From NCBI GenBank assembly GCA_963774265.1, contig CAVZDU010000001.1:96001-160000 (forward strand): DNA of 64,000 bases, in the 5' to 3' direction. The notes below the pieces were generated by a model, which was not told where the DNA came from, ran no database searches, and saw nothing but the letters and a program-made list of their open reading frames with translations. The position numbers were made by a program, and so were the translations under genes. Positions 21,886 through 32,247 of this stretch are shown piece by piece (position 1 is the stretch's first letter; each line of letters starts with the position of its first letter). The stretch comes from an uncultured Chloroflexia bacterium. Lineage in GTDB: Bacteria > Chloroflexota > Anaerolineae > CG2-30-64-16.

Positions 21886-23511
21886 ATGGAACTCCACGCA
21901 GACTTGTTCCTGACCGGCGGTCGCGTTTACACCGCAGATCCGGCCGGCAGCCGTTGGGCCGAAACCGTTGCTGTGCGCAATGGCCGCATCCTGGCCATCG
22001 GTAAGGAGGCGGACCTGAGCGAGCTGCGCGGGCCGCAGACGCAAGTTATCGACCTGCACGGCCGCCTGCTCCTCCCCGGCTTCACTGAAAGTCATATCCA
22101 CTTCCTCGAGTTGGCGCTGCGCGCGCCTCAGGTGGACGTAACGCACGCGACCTCCGCCACAGAAGTCGTCGAAGCCGTGCGCAAGCGCGTCCAGGCCAGC
22201 CGAACGTCCGATACGGATCATCCCGCGTGGATCCGCGGCGGCGGCTGGAACGCCTCCATTTGGACCGACGGCCTGACGCCCCATCGACGCCTGCTCGACG
22301 AGGCTTCGCCGGACATCCCTGTAGCGCTGGATAGCAAAGACCTCCATGCGGTTTGGGCCAACACCGCCGCGCTGCGCCGCGCCGGCATCGGCAAGGCGAC
22401 GGCCGACGTGTCCGGCGGCGTGATCGAGCGAGATAGCGATGGCGAACCAACAGGTGTGCTGCGCGAGAACGCGGTAGAACTGCTGAGCCGCGCCATTCCC
22501 CAACCCGGCCTGGCCGAAACGACCAAAGCCGTGCGCGCCGTCATTCCCGACATGTGGCGGACCGGCATTGTCGCGATCCATAACGCGAACGACTCGTGCG
22601 ACGCTTTATCATTTCGTACCTACCAGGAACTCAAGCAGCGGGGGGAGCTGCGCCTGCGTGTGCTGCAGCACATCCCTGTCTGCAACCTGCCGCATGCGCG
22701 GGGCCTCGGGTTGCGCAGCGGCCTGGGTAATGCCTGGTTGCGTATCGGTGCGGTCAAAATGTTTGCGGATGGCGCGCTGGGCAGTCGCACCGCGAACATG
22801 TTGGAGCCCTACGAGGGAGAACCGGGCAAATGGGGCGTGGCGGCCACCGATCCGGAGGAGATGCTGGAGCAGGCCCTGGCGGCCAGTGAAGCGGGCCTCG
22901 CCCTGACCATCCATGCGATTGGGGACCGCGCAAACCGGGATGTACTAAATGTACTGACCGAAGTGCGTCGCCGCGAGGGAAACACGACGTTGCGTCATCG
23001 CATCGAGCATGTCCAATGCATTCACGACGATGACTTGCCTCGCCTGGCGCAGCTTGATGTAGTCGCCTCCGTCCAACCCATCCACGCAACGTCGGATATG
23101 ATCATCGTCGATCGGCATTGGGGCCCCCAGCGCGCGCGAGGGGCCTACGCTTTCCGCAGGTTGCTCGATTCGGGAGCGCATCTCGTCTTTGGCTCCGACG
23201 GCCCGATCGAACCACATGACCCCCTGATCGGCATCCACGCGGCCGTCACCCGTCGCCGCGCGGATGGGACGCCCGGGGCAGAGGGCTGGCAGCCCCAAGA
23301 ACGCATCACCGTTGCTGAGGCGATAGATGCCTACACCTACTGGCCGGCCTATGTGGCGTGCGAGGAGAGCTACCGGGGAAGCATCACCGCGGGGAAGGTT
23401 GCGGACCTGGTCGTTCTTTCCGATAACATCTTCTCAGTCGATCCGATGCACATCCTCGACGTCCGCGTTGATATGACCGTTCTTGGCGGGAAAATCGTGT
23501 GGCGGAGCTAG
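21886..23511 (+). CDS. YtcJ-like metal-dependent amidohydrolase (Amidohydro_3)
   Basis: PGFTESHIH, KMFADGALGSRTA, HAIGDRA, RIEHVQ, FGSDGP. Confidence 0.88.
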   Translation: MELHADLFLTGGRVYTADPAGSRWAETVAVRNGRILAIGKEADLSELRGPQTQVIDLHGRLLLPGFTESHIHFLELALRAPQVDVTHATSATEVVEAVRKRVQASRTSDTDHPAWIRGGGWNASIWTDGLTPHRRLLDEASPDIPVALDSKDLHAVWANTAALRRAGIGKATADVSGGVIERDSDGEPTGVLRENAVELLSRAIPQPGLAETTKAVRAVIPDMWRTGIVAIHNANDSCDALSFRTYQELKQRGELRLRVLQHIPVCNLPHARGLGLRSGLGNAWLRIGAVKMFADGALGSRTANMLEPYEGEPGKWGVAATDPEEMLEQALAASEAGLALTIHAIGDRANRDVLNVLTEVRRREGNTTLRHRIEHVQCIHDDDLPRLAQLDVVASVQPIHATSDMIIVDRHWGPQRARGAYAFRRLLDSGAHLVFGSDGPIEPHDPLIGIHAAVTRRRADGTPGAEGWQPQERITVAEAIDAYTYWPAYVACEESYRGSITAGKVADLVVLSDNIFSVDPMHILDVRVDMTVLGGKIVWRS

Positions 23512-25451
23512 CGCAGCAGGCGCTCGTCACCCACGCGCCGGGTGATCTTCAATTCGTCCAACCGCTCCATGAGCGCTAGCGCGTACTTGCGACTGGTGTT
23601 GAACTGATCGCGCACCTGCGCGACCGTCATGCTTCCTTGCGCCTTAATGGTCTCGACGATGCCTTTCACCATCTCGTCATAGGTTTCACTCAACAGCAGA
23701 ACGTCTTCGCTCAGCCGCACCAGTGTCCCCTGGTGCATGAGCGCGCTCACGATCTCTGGGTCCGTCAGGGCCAGGCTTTCGGCCATCGAAGGTGGGGTCG
23801 CGGGCTGACGCCGAAACGCGGCCAATAATGCGATAACCTTCGTCTGCTGCGCGGGTGAGAAAGTGATCCGGTGAGTGGGTCGGGCCAAGAACTCACCCAC
23901 CTCCACCAGGTACTCCTCTGCCACAGCGCGCCCGGCCAACTCATTAAACAGCTTCGCCGGCCACTTGTCTCGTCCCTGGACGCGTCCCTTGAGTTCTTCG
24001 CGGCCCATCCCGGGCCGCAGAGGATACTGCGCATGATAGTCTGACAGGATCTCGGCCATGCGCGCAGCGAGGGAGTGCCAGCCGCCCAACGAAATGACCG
24101 GCGTCATGCTCTTCGCGTATGGCGCCTGGATGGCGCCCAAGGCGATCAATTCGCCGCCGGCGAGCATCTCGGCCGCGACCCGTTCCGCGGTGGGGGCGTC
24201 AAGGCCGCAGCCTTCCACTGCTACTTTCAGCGGAGCAGGCTCCGAGCGAGCGAGCGCATGAAAAATGAGGTCCTGGGGCGTGCCCCGTGCCAGCGTCTCG
24301 AGTTGCGTGATGACATCAGCCTGGAAGCGCCGCCAGCGTCGCGCGGGGTAGGGGTTGACAATCACACCGCCGCCCACGGTCAGGCTCGGTGATGGCTGGC
24401 GAATGATGAAACGGTCGCCAGGCCCGACAGCCACCGGCGACTCGAGCACCAGCTGGGCCCACCCAGCTTGCCCCGCGCGGATTTCCTCAGCATCGAGCAA
24501 CCGGACGCGCGCGGGCACCTCGGCCGCGCCACTGAAGAAATCGATCTGATCGCTGTGTCCTAGTGACGCATGCCAGTCGTCGCTGCGCACCAGCCTCAGG
24601 CGAACGTCAATCATGGTCGTCGCCCGCAACGTCCCTGGCCGCGCGACGACCATGCCCCGACGCAGATCATCCGGATGCACACCGGTCAGATTGATCGCAA
24701 GCCTGCTGCCCGGGAGACCGATCTCCACACCCTTTTTGTGGGTCTGCATGCCGCGGATACGGGCTTTGAGGCCTGCCGGCAGGATTTCGACTTCATCACC
24801 CACCTTGAACTGCCCGTCGCTCAAGGTGCCTGTGACCACCGTGCCAAAGCCTGCAATCGTGAAGATACGGTCGATAGGCAGGCGCGGCGCCCCCTTGTCT
24901 CGTCGTTGGGGAACAGTTGTCAGTGCGTCCGCGAGTGCCTGCTTGAGCTTCGGAAGATCCGCACCCGTACGCGCCGACACCGGCACGATAGGGGCTGATT
25001 CGAGGCAGGTGCCCTGCAAAGTCGCCTCTAAATCCGCCTGGACCAGCTCAATCCATCCTTCTTCCGTGACCGCATCTGTCTTGGTCAGTGCAACCACGCC
25101 CGCCGGCACCTGCAACAAATCAAGGATGGCCAGGTGTTCGCGCGTCTGCGGCATGACGCCTTCATCCGCAGCCACGACGAACAGCGCTGCGTCGATGCCT
25201 CCCACGCCTGCCAGCATATTCTTGATAAAGTCGATGTGCCCCGGCACATCGATGACCCCGACCGTCTCGGGTCCGGATGTGGCACCCTCGGCTCCGCTCG
25301 GCGGCGGCAGTTCAAGCCACGCAAAGCCAAGATCGATCGTCATCTCGCGCTCTTTCTCTTCGCGCAGACGATCCGGATCGATGCCGGTCAGGGCCAGTAC
25401 CAGCGTAGACTTGCCATGGTCGACGTGGCCGGCTGTCCCGATAACTCGCAT
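23508..25451 (-). CDS. selB: Selenocysteine-specific translation elongation factor
   Basis: GTAGHVDHGKS, MTIDLGFA, DVPGH, C-terminal winged helix TSRKYALALME. Confidence 0.96.
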   Translation of the reverse strand: MRVIGTAGHVDHGKSTLVLALTGIDPDRLREEKEREMTIDLGFAWLELPPPSGAEGATSGPETVGVIDVPGHIDFIKNMLAGVGGIDAALFVVAADEGVMPQTREHLAILDLLQVPAGVVALTKTDAVTEEGWIELVQADLEATLQGTCLESAPIVPVSARTGADLPKLKQALADALTTVPQRRDKGAPRLPIDRIFTIAGFGTVVTGTLSDGQFKVGDEVEILPAGLKARIRGMQTHKKGVEIGLPGSRLAINLTGVHPDDLRRGMVVARPGTLRATTMIDVRLRLVRSDDWHASLGHSDQIDFFSGAAEVPARVRLLDAEEIRAGQAGWAQLVLESPVAVGPGDRFIIRQPSPSLTVGGGVIVNPYPARRWRRFQADVITQLETLARGTPQDLIFHALARSEPAPLKVAVEGCGLDAPTAERVAAEMLAGGELIALGAIQAPYAKSMTPVISLGGWHSLAARMAEILSDYHAQYPLRPGMGREELKGRVQGRDKWPAKLFNELAGRAVAEEYLVEVGEFLARPTHRITFSPAQQTKVIALLAAFRRQPATPPSMAESLALTDPEIVSALMHQGTLVRLSEDVLLLSETYDEMVKGIVETIKAQGSMTVAQVRDQFNTSRKYALALMERLDELKITRRVGDERLLR

Positions 25452-26643
25452 CTAAGCCTCAGGCTTGGGCCGCGCTCCGACACCCGCGCCGATCGTATCC
25501 AGCAGCCGTTGCGAGCTTTGGGTTTGGGTTGCACCGAGTGCTTCCTGCAAGCGCCACAACGCCTCGATCTCACGTTGAATCAAGGCAAGCTGGCGCTCCA
25601 CCGGTGGGAAACGCTCGCCAAGCTTCTGGTTCACCTTCTGCTGCTCTTGTATCGAGTAGTCCCAACGGAGCGATTCCTTCTTCCAGCGTTGCTCGTTCTC
25701 GCCCTGCCAATCGATCAACTCTTTACGCTGGCGTTCCTCCGCCAACCGCTGCAACTCGGCCACCTGCTTCTGATCGCGCACGACAAGGGCTTGGAATTCC
25801 TCAATGCCTTTGAGCGCCCGGGAGGCCTGCTCGTAACGCGCCTCAAATTCGCGAAGTCGCACGATCTGTTTCTCAATGAGCGTCTTCTGCTCGGCGAACT
25901 CCTGTTCCCAAATCCCCATTTGCCGGTTGCGCTCGACTTCAGCGAGCTTCTGCGCTTCAATAAAGGACTTCTGGTCCTGATGAAGCTGCTCCGGGATGGG
26001 CTGGATGCGCTGCAGGCCTTTATCCAGCCGCTGCAGACGCTCTTCCAACACGGGAAGGCGTGCGGCAGTCGTATCCGTACGCTTCAACAACTCTGTGTTC
26101 TCGGCCTGGAGTCTGGGCGATACGCTTGTTGTCCTGGGCGCGCTGCTCGACCATGTACGGCAGCGTCCGGGTGCGCTCGTCGAGATCCTTGGTGACGTTG
26201 TTGAGCGAGACACGTTGGGCCAGCAACATCTCGCCGAGCCGCTGGTCCTCAGCTTGCCGGGTGACAAGATCTTCTTCGAGGCGCGTGAGGCGGCTCAGCT
26301 CTTTGCGCACCTCCGCAATACCTCGCCCCAATGCATCGCGGTCGCTGACGCGCGCTCGTTCGGCCTCTCGCTCCGCGGTCAGCCGCGCCTCCACCTGCTT
26401 GTCCAACAGCACGACCACTTCACTCTTAAGTTGCTGCAAAGCTTGCTCGAGCTGCGTGAAGCGCGTCAACTGGGCGTGCGTGCTGGCCAGGCGACTCTCC
26501 AGGTCCTGGATGCGTCGCGATTGTTCCTGTTTCTCGATGGCCATGCTCTGCATGCGCTGGTCGAGTCGCGCGATCTCTTCGCGGTCGCGGCGATGTTCTT
26601 CGTCCAGCCAAGCCACCATTTGACTGAGTTGGGTCAGATCCAT
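25452..26643 (-). CDS. Long coiled-coil protein of unknown function (frameshift near 26110)
   Basis: ORFs 26020..26643 and 25452..26267 join into about 397 aa of continuous heptad-rich E/Q/R/L sequence. Confidence 0.75.
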
Positions 26644-26655
26644 GGGAATACTGCC

Positions 26656-27312
26656 TTATTCGTTGAGTTCGACAACCGTATTGGTTTGCAGGAAAACAAC
26701 GCGTTCCCCGATGTTCGTGGTCCGGTCGGCGAAGCGTTCGAGATTGTGCGCGGCCCACAACAAATAGGTCGCGCGGGTGATCGTACGCGGGTCAGTCATC
26801 ATGATGACCAGCAATTCGCGGTACACCTGGTCATTCAGCTGGTCGACTTCAGTGTCACGTGCAGCCAGGCGGCGCGCCGCCTCGACGTCGCCTTTCACGA
26901 AAGCATCAATCTGACCCAATAGAAGCTCGCGGCCGATCTCTGCCATCTGCGGAACGTCGATCAGCGGCTTAAGCAGAGGCTGATCGGCCAGGCGCAGCGC
27001 CAGAACCGCAATACCCTTGGCGTGGTCGGCCATACGCTCGAGCTCCCAAGCAATCATCGATATAGAGAAGATCAGGCGCAAGTCACGAGCCACCGGCTGC
27101 TGGCTCGCAATCAACAACAAGCAAGTCTCCTCGATTTCCCGCTGCGCCTGGTTGATGAAGCTGTCCCCCACGATGAGTTCTTTGGCACGTTCTGCGTCGC
27201 GGTCGGCAAGCGTCTTGACGGCCTGCTCTTGCTGCTTGTTCACCATCGTAGCCATCTTGACAAGCTTTTCTTTGAGATGTGCAAGCTGCAAATCGAAGTT
27301 TTCGCGTGTCAC
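26656..27312 (-). CDS. phoU: Phosphate signalling regulator PhoU
   Basis: QQPVARDLR, ELERMADHA, NLERFADRTTNIGE. Confidence 0.93.
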   Translation of the reverse strand: MTRENFDLQLAHLKEKLVKMATMVNKQQEQAVKTLADRDAERAKELIVGDSFINQAQREIEETCLLLIASQQPVARDLRLIFSISMIAWELERMADHAKGIAVLALRLADQPLLKPLIDVPQMAEIGRELLLGQIDAFVKGDVEAARRLAARDTEVDQLNDQVYRELLVIMMTDPRTITRATYLLWAAHNLERFADRTTNIGERVVFLQTNTVVELNE

Positions 27313-27430
27313 TGCTGGTCTCCTCCGGACTCAGGACTGAGGCGGCTAGCATTATATCATCCTTTGGGTGCGAGGTGAATTCGTGCTAAGATATGCGCGT
27401 CGCGCAGAATCGAAGGAGAAACCGAACCGA

Positions 27431-28069
27431 ATGAAACCGACGTTAGCCGTCATCCACATTGACATTGCTGCAGGGGCAGATGAGTTGGTGCGCGAGCACC
27501 TGCTGGAGAATCTCGAGGCGTACAAGAACCCTTGTCTCACTGTCCTGTGGGTGAACTGGATTCGCGAGCGCGCCGACCTGCACGTCGTCTGCCTGGTCTA
27601 CGATCTGGATCTCTTCGACGAGTTCCTCATTGGCACGGTCCGCACTGCACCAGGCGTGCGCGGCACATCCGCACAACTCGCTTTCGATGGCATCGTACGC
27701 AGCGACGCGATGATGGATGTCTCGATGCTCAACTCCGGCTGGGACCGTCGCGCGGCAGCCTTGGTACAGGTAAAGCTCCAGCCAGGCAGAGACAACGAGG
27801 TCTATGAGGCACTCTGTCAGTTGCCTCCGCATGAGCAGGTCGACGTGGTCTGGGTCGTTAAGCTGTTCCACTCGGCCGATGCGGATTTGCTGATCCTCCT
27901 GCTGGGCGAGCGGACGGCAGCGCTGACCGGCTACACGATGAGCTGGATTCGTACGACGCCGGGGGTGTTGGACACGAGCCTGACAAGCGTCCTGGACTGG
28001 CGCATCCTGAGCGAGACTGAAGCCTTCGTGGCCTTATGCGAGCGCTTCTCCGATCAAGTGACTAACTGA
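27431..28069 (+). CDS. Tandem Lrp/AsnC ligand-binding (RAM)-like domain protein without HTH
   Basis: Two ~100-aa repeats ending VRTAPGVRGTS and IRTTPGVLDTS; AAGGAG RBS. Confidence 0.6.
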   Translation: MKPTLAVIHIDIAAGADELVREHLLENLEAYKNPCLTVLWVNWIRERADLHVVCLVYDLDLFDEFLIGTVRTAPGVRGTSAQLAFDGIVRSDAMMDVSMLNSGWDRRAAALVQVKLQPGRDNEVYEALCQLPPHEQVDVVWVVKLFHSADADLLILLLGERTAALTGYTMSWIRTTPGVLDTSLTSVLDWRILSETEAFVALCERFSDQVTN

Positions 28070-28084
28070 GGGCTGGAGGCTATC

Positions 28085-28303
28085 ATGTTGGCGATTGCCT
28101 GTGACAAATGCCGGCGCCGCTTTTCGGCGACCGACGAGGAGCTGCGCGTCTTTCTGCAGCAGGCTGAGGGCAAGAAATTCGCCTTGATCCTATGCCCTCA
28201 CTGCGGTAAGGGTAGCAAAGTGGCCACGGATCGTATCCACCAGGCCTTGCGCTTCAGCGCGTCTCCGGCGGAACCCGAGGAGCCAGTGAAGCCGGCCACA
28301 TGA
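28085..28303 (+). CDS. Small zinc-ribbon protein
   Basis: CDKC...CPHC; GGAGG RBS. Confidence 0.7.
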   Translation: MLAIACDKCRRRFSATDEELRVFLQQAEGKKFALILCPHCGKGSKVATDRIHQALRFSASPAEPEEPVKPAT

Positions 28304-29409
28304 CGCACCTTTCGACGCCGCGTGGCCGCCGCACAGCGTTGGTGCACGACTGGCTTAACCAGGTGGGTGGGGCAGAGAATGTTCTCGAGCTTCTGGTGCG
28401 CACGTTCCCGGGCGCGCCCGTTTTTACCAGCATGTATGCGGGCGACCGGATGCCCTCCGCGTATCGTGAGTGGGACATTCGCACCACCTTCATGCAGCAC
28501 TTGCCTGGCGTCACACGGAAACACCAGGTCTATCTGCCGGTGTATCCGCTCGCGTTCAGCGGCGTGAACTTGTCGGGATACGACCTGGTCCTTAGTAATA
28601 AGAGCGGGTTTTGCCACGGCGTAAAGGCGCCCGCTGGCGCCGTACATGTCTGCTATTGCCTGACGCCCACGCGCTTCCTATGGCAGTACGAGGCCTACCG
28701 GGCCCGCGAAGTGCTGGGAAAGGGCGTTGACCTGGCGCTGCGACCCTTGTTGGGGCCGTTGCGCCGCTGGGACTATGCTGCTGCGCAGCGCGTGCATCAT
28801 TTCATCGCTATCTCACGCGAGATTCAGGATCGGATTCGCCGCTTCTATGGCCGGGAGAGCACCATCATCTACCCGCCCGTCGACCTGAGGCGATTCACAC
28901 CCAGCGCGGATGCACCGGGCGACTATTTCCTGGCAGGCGGCCGGTTGATCCCATATAAACGCACCGACCTGGCGGTGCGGGCATGTTCTGAGTTGGGGCT
29001 GCGCTTGCTCGTCTTCGGTGACGGCCGCGACAGGGCAGCGTTGAAAAGCATGGCGGGACCTACGGTGACCTTCCTGGGTCACGTGCCCTGGGATGAGCTG
29101 GGACGGCTCTACGCGGGCGCCCGCGCATTTCTCTTCCCCGGCCTTGAGGATTTCGGCATCGCGCCGCTGGAGGCGCAGGCAGCGGGCCGGCCAGTTATCG
29201 CATATGCCGGAGGGGGCGCCCTGGACACGGTCTTGCCCGCTGAAACGGGCGAGTTCTTTGCTGAGCCGACGGTCGAATCGCTCAAGGGTGTATTATCCGG
29301 GTTCGACCCGGCGGCCTACGATCCTGCAGCATGCCGTCGCAACGCCGAGCGATTCGGAGAAGAACGGTTCGCGGATGAGTTGCGCTGTTTCATCGACAAG
29401 ACTATGTAG
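28300..29409 (+). CDS. Glycosyltransferase family 4 (mannosyltransferase-like)
   Basis: VHDWLNQVGGAE, EDFGIAPLEAQAAGRPVI. Confidence 0.9.
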   Translation: MTHLSTPRGRRTALVHDWLNQVGGAENVLELLVRTFPGAPVFTSMYAGDRMPSAYREWDIRTTFMQHLPGVTRKHQVYLPVYPLAFSGVNLSGYDLVLSNKSGFCHGVKAPAGAVHVCYCLTPTRFLWQYEAYRAREVLGKGVDLALRPLLGPLRRWDYAAAQRVHHFIAISREIQDRIRRFYGRESTIIYPPVDLRRFTPSADAPGDYFLAGGRLIPYKRTDLAVRACSELGLRLLVFGDGRDRAALKSMAGPTVTFLGHVPWDELGRLYAGARAFLFPGLEDFGIAPLEAQAAGRPVIAYAGGGALDTVLPAETGEFFAEPTVESLKGVLSGFDPAAYDPAACRRNAERFGEERFADELRCFIDKTM

Positions 29410-29418
29410 GAAAGAGCC

Positions 29419-30108
29419 ATGGAACTACGAGCTTACTGGGCCGTCATCATGCGGCGTTGGTGGCTGCCGATAGGGCTGGCGCTGCTGGTCGCTGCTCTGG
29501 CGCTGATTGTGCAACGTCCGTGGCAGCCCCGCCCGGTCAGTTACAGCGCGAGTATGCGCTTTAACGTCGGCATCCAGCCGGAACGTATCCCTGGCGTTTA
29601 CACCTATGACCGCTACTACACAATGCTCACATCAGAGTATTTGGTGGACGATTTAGGTGAAATCGTGCGCAGCCAGGTATTCGCAGGGGCAGTCAGTCAA
29701 CGGCTGGCCGATCAGGGGATTACGGTGCCGGCCGGCGCGATCGGCGCCAGCGCGCAGCCCGGCAAGCTCCATCGCATCCTGACCATCAGCATCAACTGGC
29801 CTCACGAGGATGAATTACGAGCCATCGCTAATGCCGTCACTGCGACCCTGACCGACAGCACGGCGGACTTCTTCGGCCAGTTCAGTGCAGACGAAGCGGA
29901 TATCCGCCTGATCGATCCACCGGTCGTGGGCATCGTCGGTCGTCCGGCCCGTGAGCAACTGGACCTGCCTCTGCGCATCCTCTTGGCCCTCGCCGCCGGC
30001 CTGGGACTTGCATTCCTCCTCGACTACCTGGACCGGTCCATTCGGGACCGGGCAGACGTAGAGAAGCTCGGTCTGCCCATCCTGGCAGAAATCCCCCGCG
30101 GCAAATAG
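29419..30108 (+). CDS. Wzz/CpsC-like chain-length determinant
   Basis: MELRAYWAVIMRRWW, two TM helices, LDRSIRDRADVEKLGLPILAEIP. Confidence 0.8.
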   Translation: MELRAYWAVIMRRWWLPIGLALLVAALALIVQRPWQPRPVSYSASMRFNVGIQPERIPGVYTYDRYYTMLTSEYLVDDLGEIVRSQVFAGAVSQRLADQGITVPAGAIGASAQPGKLHRILTISINWPHEDELRAIANAVTATLTDSTADFFGQFSADEADIRLIDPPVVGIVGRPAREQLDLPLRILLALAAGLGLAFLLDYLDRSIRDRADVEKLGLPILAEIPRGK

Positions 30109-30128
30109 CACGGGCGCGCTGCCCGCTG

Positions 30129-30265
30129 CTATCCACAGGCAGGTCGCGCGAATGAAATACTAGATATAGGGGTGGTGGCAGGCGAGAGGCGTAATAGTGC
30201 CTCCAAGGCCGGGTTTATCCACAACGCAAGCCAGTTATACACCGTAAGAGGCCCAATTATCCACA
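30129..30265. promoter_or_regulatory. DnaA-box cluster, probable oriC
   Basis: Perfect TTATCCACA at 30215 and 30257; one-mismatch CTATCCACA at 30129 and TTATACACC at 30235; all in the intergenic gap downstream of dnaA. Confidence 0.8.
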
Positions 30266-30332
30266 ATAGAAACGCCAACACGCCGATCTTGACGACGTGT
30301 TGGCGTACCACAATTGTTTGACGGCGTGGTTG

Positions 30333-31727
30333 TTAGCGCACTCGCACAGGCTCGTACAGCCGATTGCGCAGGCTGCTGACACTTTGCGCAAGTTGCGCGT
30401 CCCCATCCATTTCCCTCGCGATCCGCTCGATCCCATGCATCACGGTGGTATGGTCACGTTGGAGGGCATTCCCGATCTGTTGGAGCGAAGCTCCCACTTC
30501 TTCGCGCATCACGTACATGACCACCTGCCGGGGGAGCGCAATCTTTGCGCTGCGGTTCCGACCGACCAGCTCAGCCAGCGTCACATCGAAGAAATCTGCA
30601 GCAACCCTGAGCACCATCTCCAGGGTCAGTTTGCCCTGCGCGGGGGCCAGGTAAGCCAGAGCGTCTTCTACGACCGCGACGCTGATCGGCCGCTGGAACA
30701 ACTCAGCGTGTGCAATCACCTTGGTCAGCGCACCTTCCAGGTCGCGGATGTTCCGGTGCGCGCGCTGCGCAATGGCCAGCAGCACATCGTCAGGCACGCG
30801 CCTGCCCACCGATGCCGCCTTTGTTTGTAGAATTGCTATCCGCGTCTCCAGATTGGGCGGTTGGATGTCCGTGATCATCCCCCAGGCGAACCGAGTGCGC
30901 AGGCGGTCCTCCAGGGTGGGAATCGCCTGCGGCGCCCGATCACTGGTAAGCACGATCTGCCGGTTTGCGGAATGCAGTGCGTTGAATGTGTGGAAGAATT
31001 CTTCCTGCGTCTGTTCTTTGCCTGCAATGAAGTGGACGTCATCCAGGAGCAATACGTCGGTGTTTCGATACTTGGCGCGGAAACTATCCGTGGAGCCGGA
31101 GCGGATAGCCTCAATCAGATCGTTGGTAAAGATCTCCGATGTAACATAAAGCACGCGTTGTCCGTTTGACTGCACCGACTTGCCGATGGCTTGGAGCAGG
31201 TGGGTCTTGCCCAGGCCGCTGCCGCCATAGATGAACAGCGGGTTGTAGGCGATTCCCGGTCGCTCCGCTACAGCGAAGGCCGACGCATGTGCCATCCGAT
31301 TTGACGGACCGACGATGAACGTCTCGAAACTGTACTGCGAACGCAGACCTGCGCTCTCGACGGCCGGTCGCTCGGCGGGCGCAGGGACGGCAGCCGGCTC
31401 CACCTCAAGCAACGGCGCCGGAGTAGGGTCCGGCCCGTCCTGTGCCGGCGTCGTCTGAATGATGAAGGTGACATCCACCGCATGACCCACGATGCTGGCC
31501 AATGTCCCTTTGATCATACGGCGCAGCCGCACCTGGAGCCAATCCCGGGCATAGGCATTGCTGGCCCCAATGACGAAGGCTCCATCCTCATGCGCCACAC
31601 ACACAGTGTCCCGCACCCAAGTGTCATAGGTGCTCTGGGGCAACTGCAAGCGCAGATGGCTCCGTGCGATCTCCCAAACTTCGCGCGGAGATCGTCCATC
31701 AGGGGCGTCAGGCGCGTTCATACGCAT
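30333..31727 (-). CDS. dnaA: Chromosomal replication initiator DnaA
   Basis: YNPLFIYGGSGLGKTHLL, LLLDDVH, QEEFFHTFN, RDHTTVMH. Confidence 0.98.
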   Translation of the reverse strand: MRMNAPDAPDGRSPREVWEIARSHLRLQLPQSTYDTWVRDTVCVAHEDGAFVIGASNAYARDWLQVRLRRMIKGTLASIVGHAVDVTFIIQTTPAQDGPDPTPAPLLEVEPAAVPAPAERPAVESAGLRSQYSFETFIVGPSNRMAHASAFAVAERPGIAYNPLFIYGGSGLGKTHLLQAIGKSVQSNGQRVLYVTSEIFTNDLIEAIRSGSTDSFRAKYRNTDVLLLDDVHFIAGKEQTQEEFFHTFNALHSANRQIVLTSDRAPQAIPTLEDRLRTRFAWGMITDIQPPNLETRIAILQTKAASVGRRVPDDVLLAIAQRAHRNIRDLEGALTKVIAHAELFQRPISVAVVEDALAYLAPAQGKLTLEMVLRVAADFFDVTLAELVGRNRSAKIALPRQVVMYVMREEVGASLQQIGNALQRDHTTVMHGIERIAREMDGDAQLAQSVSSLRNRLYEPVRVR

Positions 31728-31989
31728 AACTCCAATAACAAGAGCTTAACCCATGACAACGTCACAACGAACAGATCGCTCTGCAACTCATGCCCACAAA
31801 CGGGCAAACGCATCCGCACGCTCGCAAGTGAAGCGAGCGACCACCGCGCAAGAGATCCCGCGCACATCAGACGTCAGTTACGACGGCCGTCATGGCCGTC
31901 TGCGACAGAAGGGGGCCTGCAAGCCAGTGCGAGCGGACTGAGGACGATGCTGCCGAATGCGTGGTCGCGCTGGCTCAGTTGTGGGTGGA

Positions 31990-32018
31990 ATTCTAGCATC
32001 GACGGGTTCCCCCCGCAA
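31990..32018 (-). promoter_or_regulatory. Probable dnaA promoter
   Basis: TTGCGG-17 bp-TAGAAT with extended TG. Confidence 0.55.
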
Positions 32019-32247
32019 GGGCCACTTTGGAGGTAACTGGTTCACCCGTCAATACTTATGTATAACCCATTTCGCGCGCACGGACGTGCTACGCGAGTCC
32101 TAGGGGTAGGGCCGCCCGCGACCACCATTTGGCGCCTCACACGCGGCCCCAAAATTCTCAAACCTTAAATCTTGTGCCTGTTTTTTTCGTTAAGGTTTGT
32201 TATCGTCAACTCACCGTGAGGCACAAAAATCTCCAGGCCAGGCGCCG

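Noticed and set aside
21886-23511. YtcJ-like amidohydrolase as the missing HutI/HutF/HutG
   Set aside because: It belongs to a different subfamily, lies in the parAB transcription unit and has no link to the hut genes.
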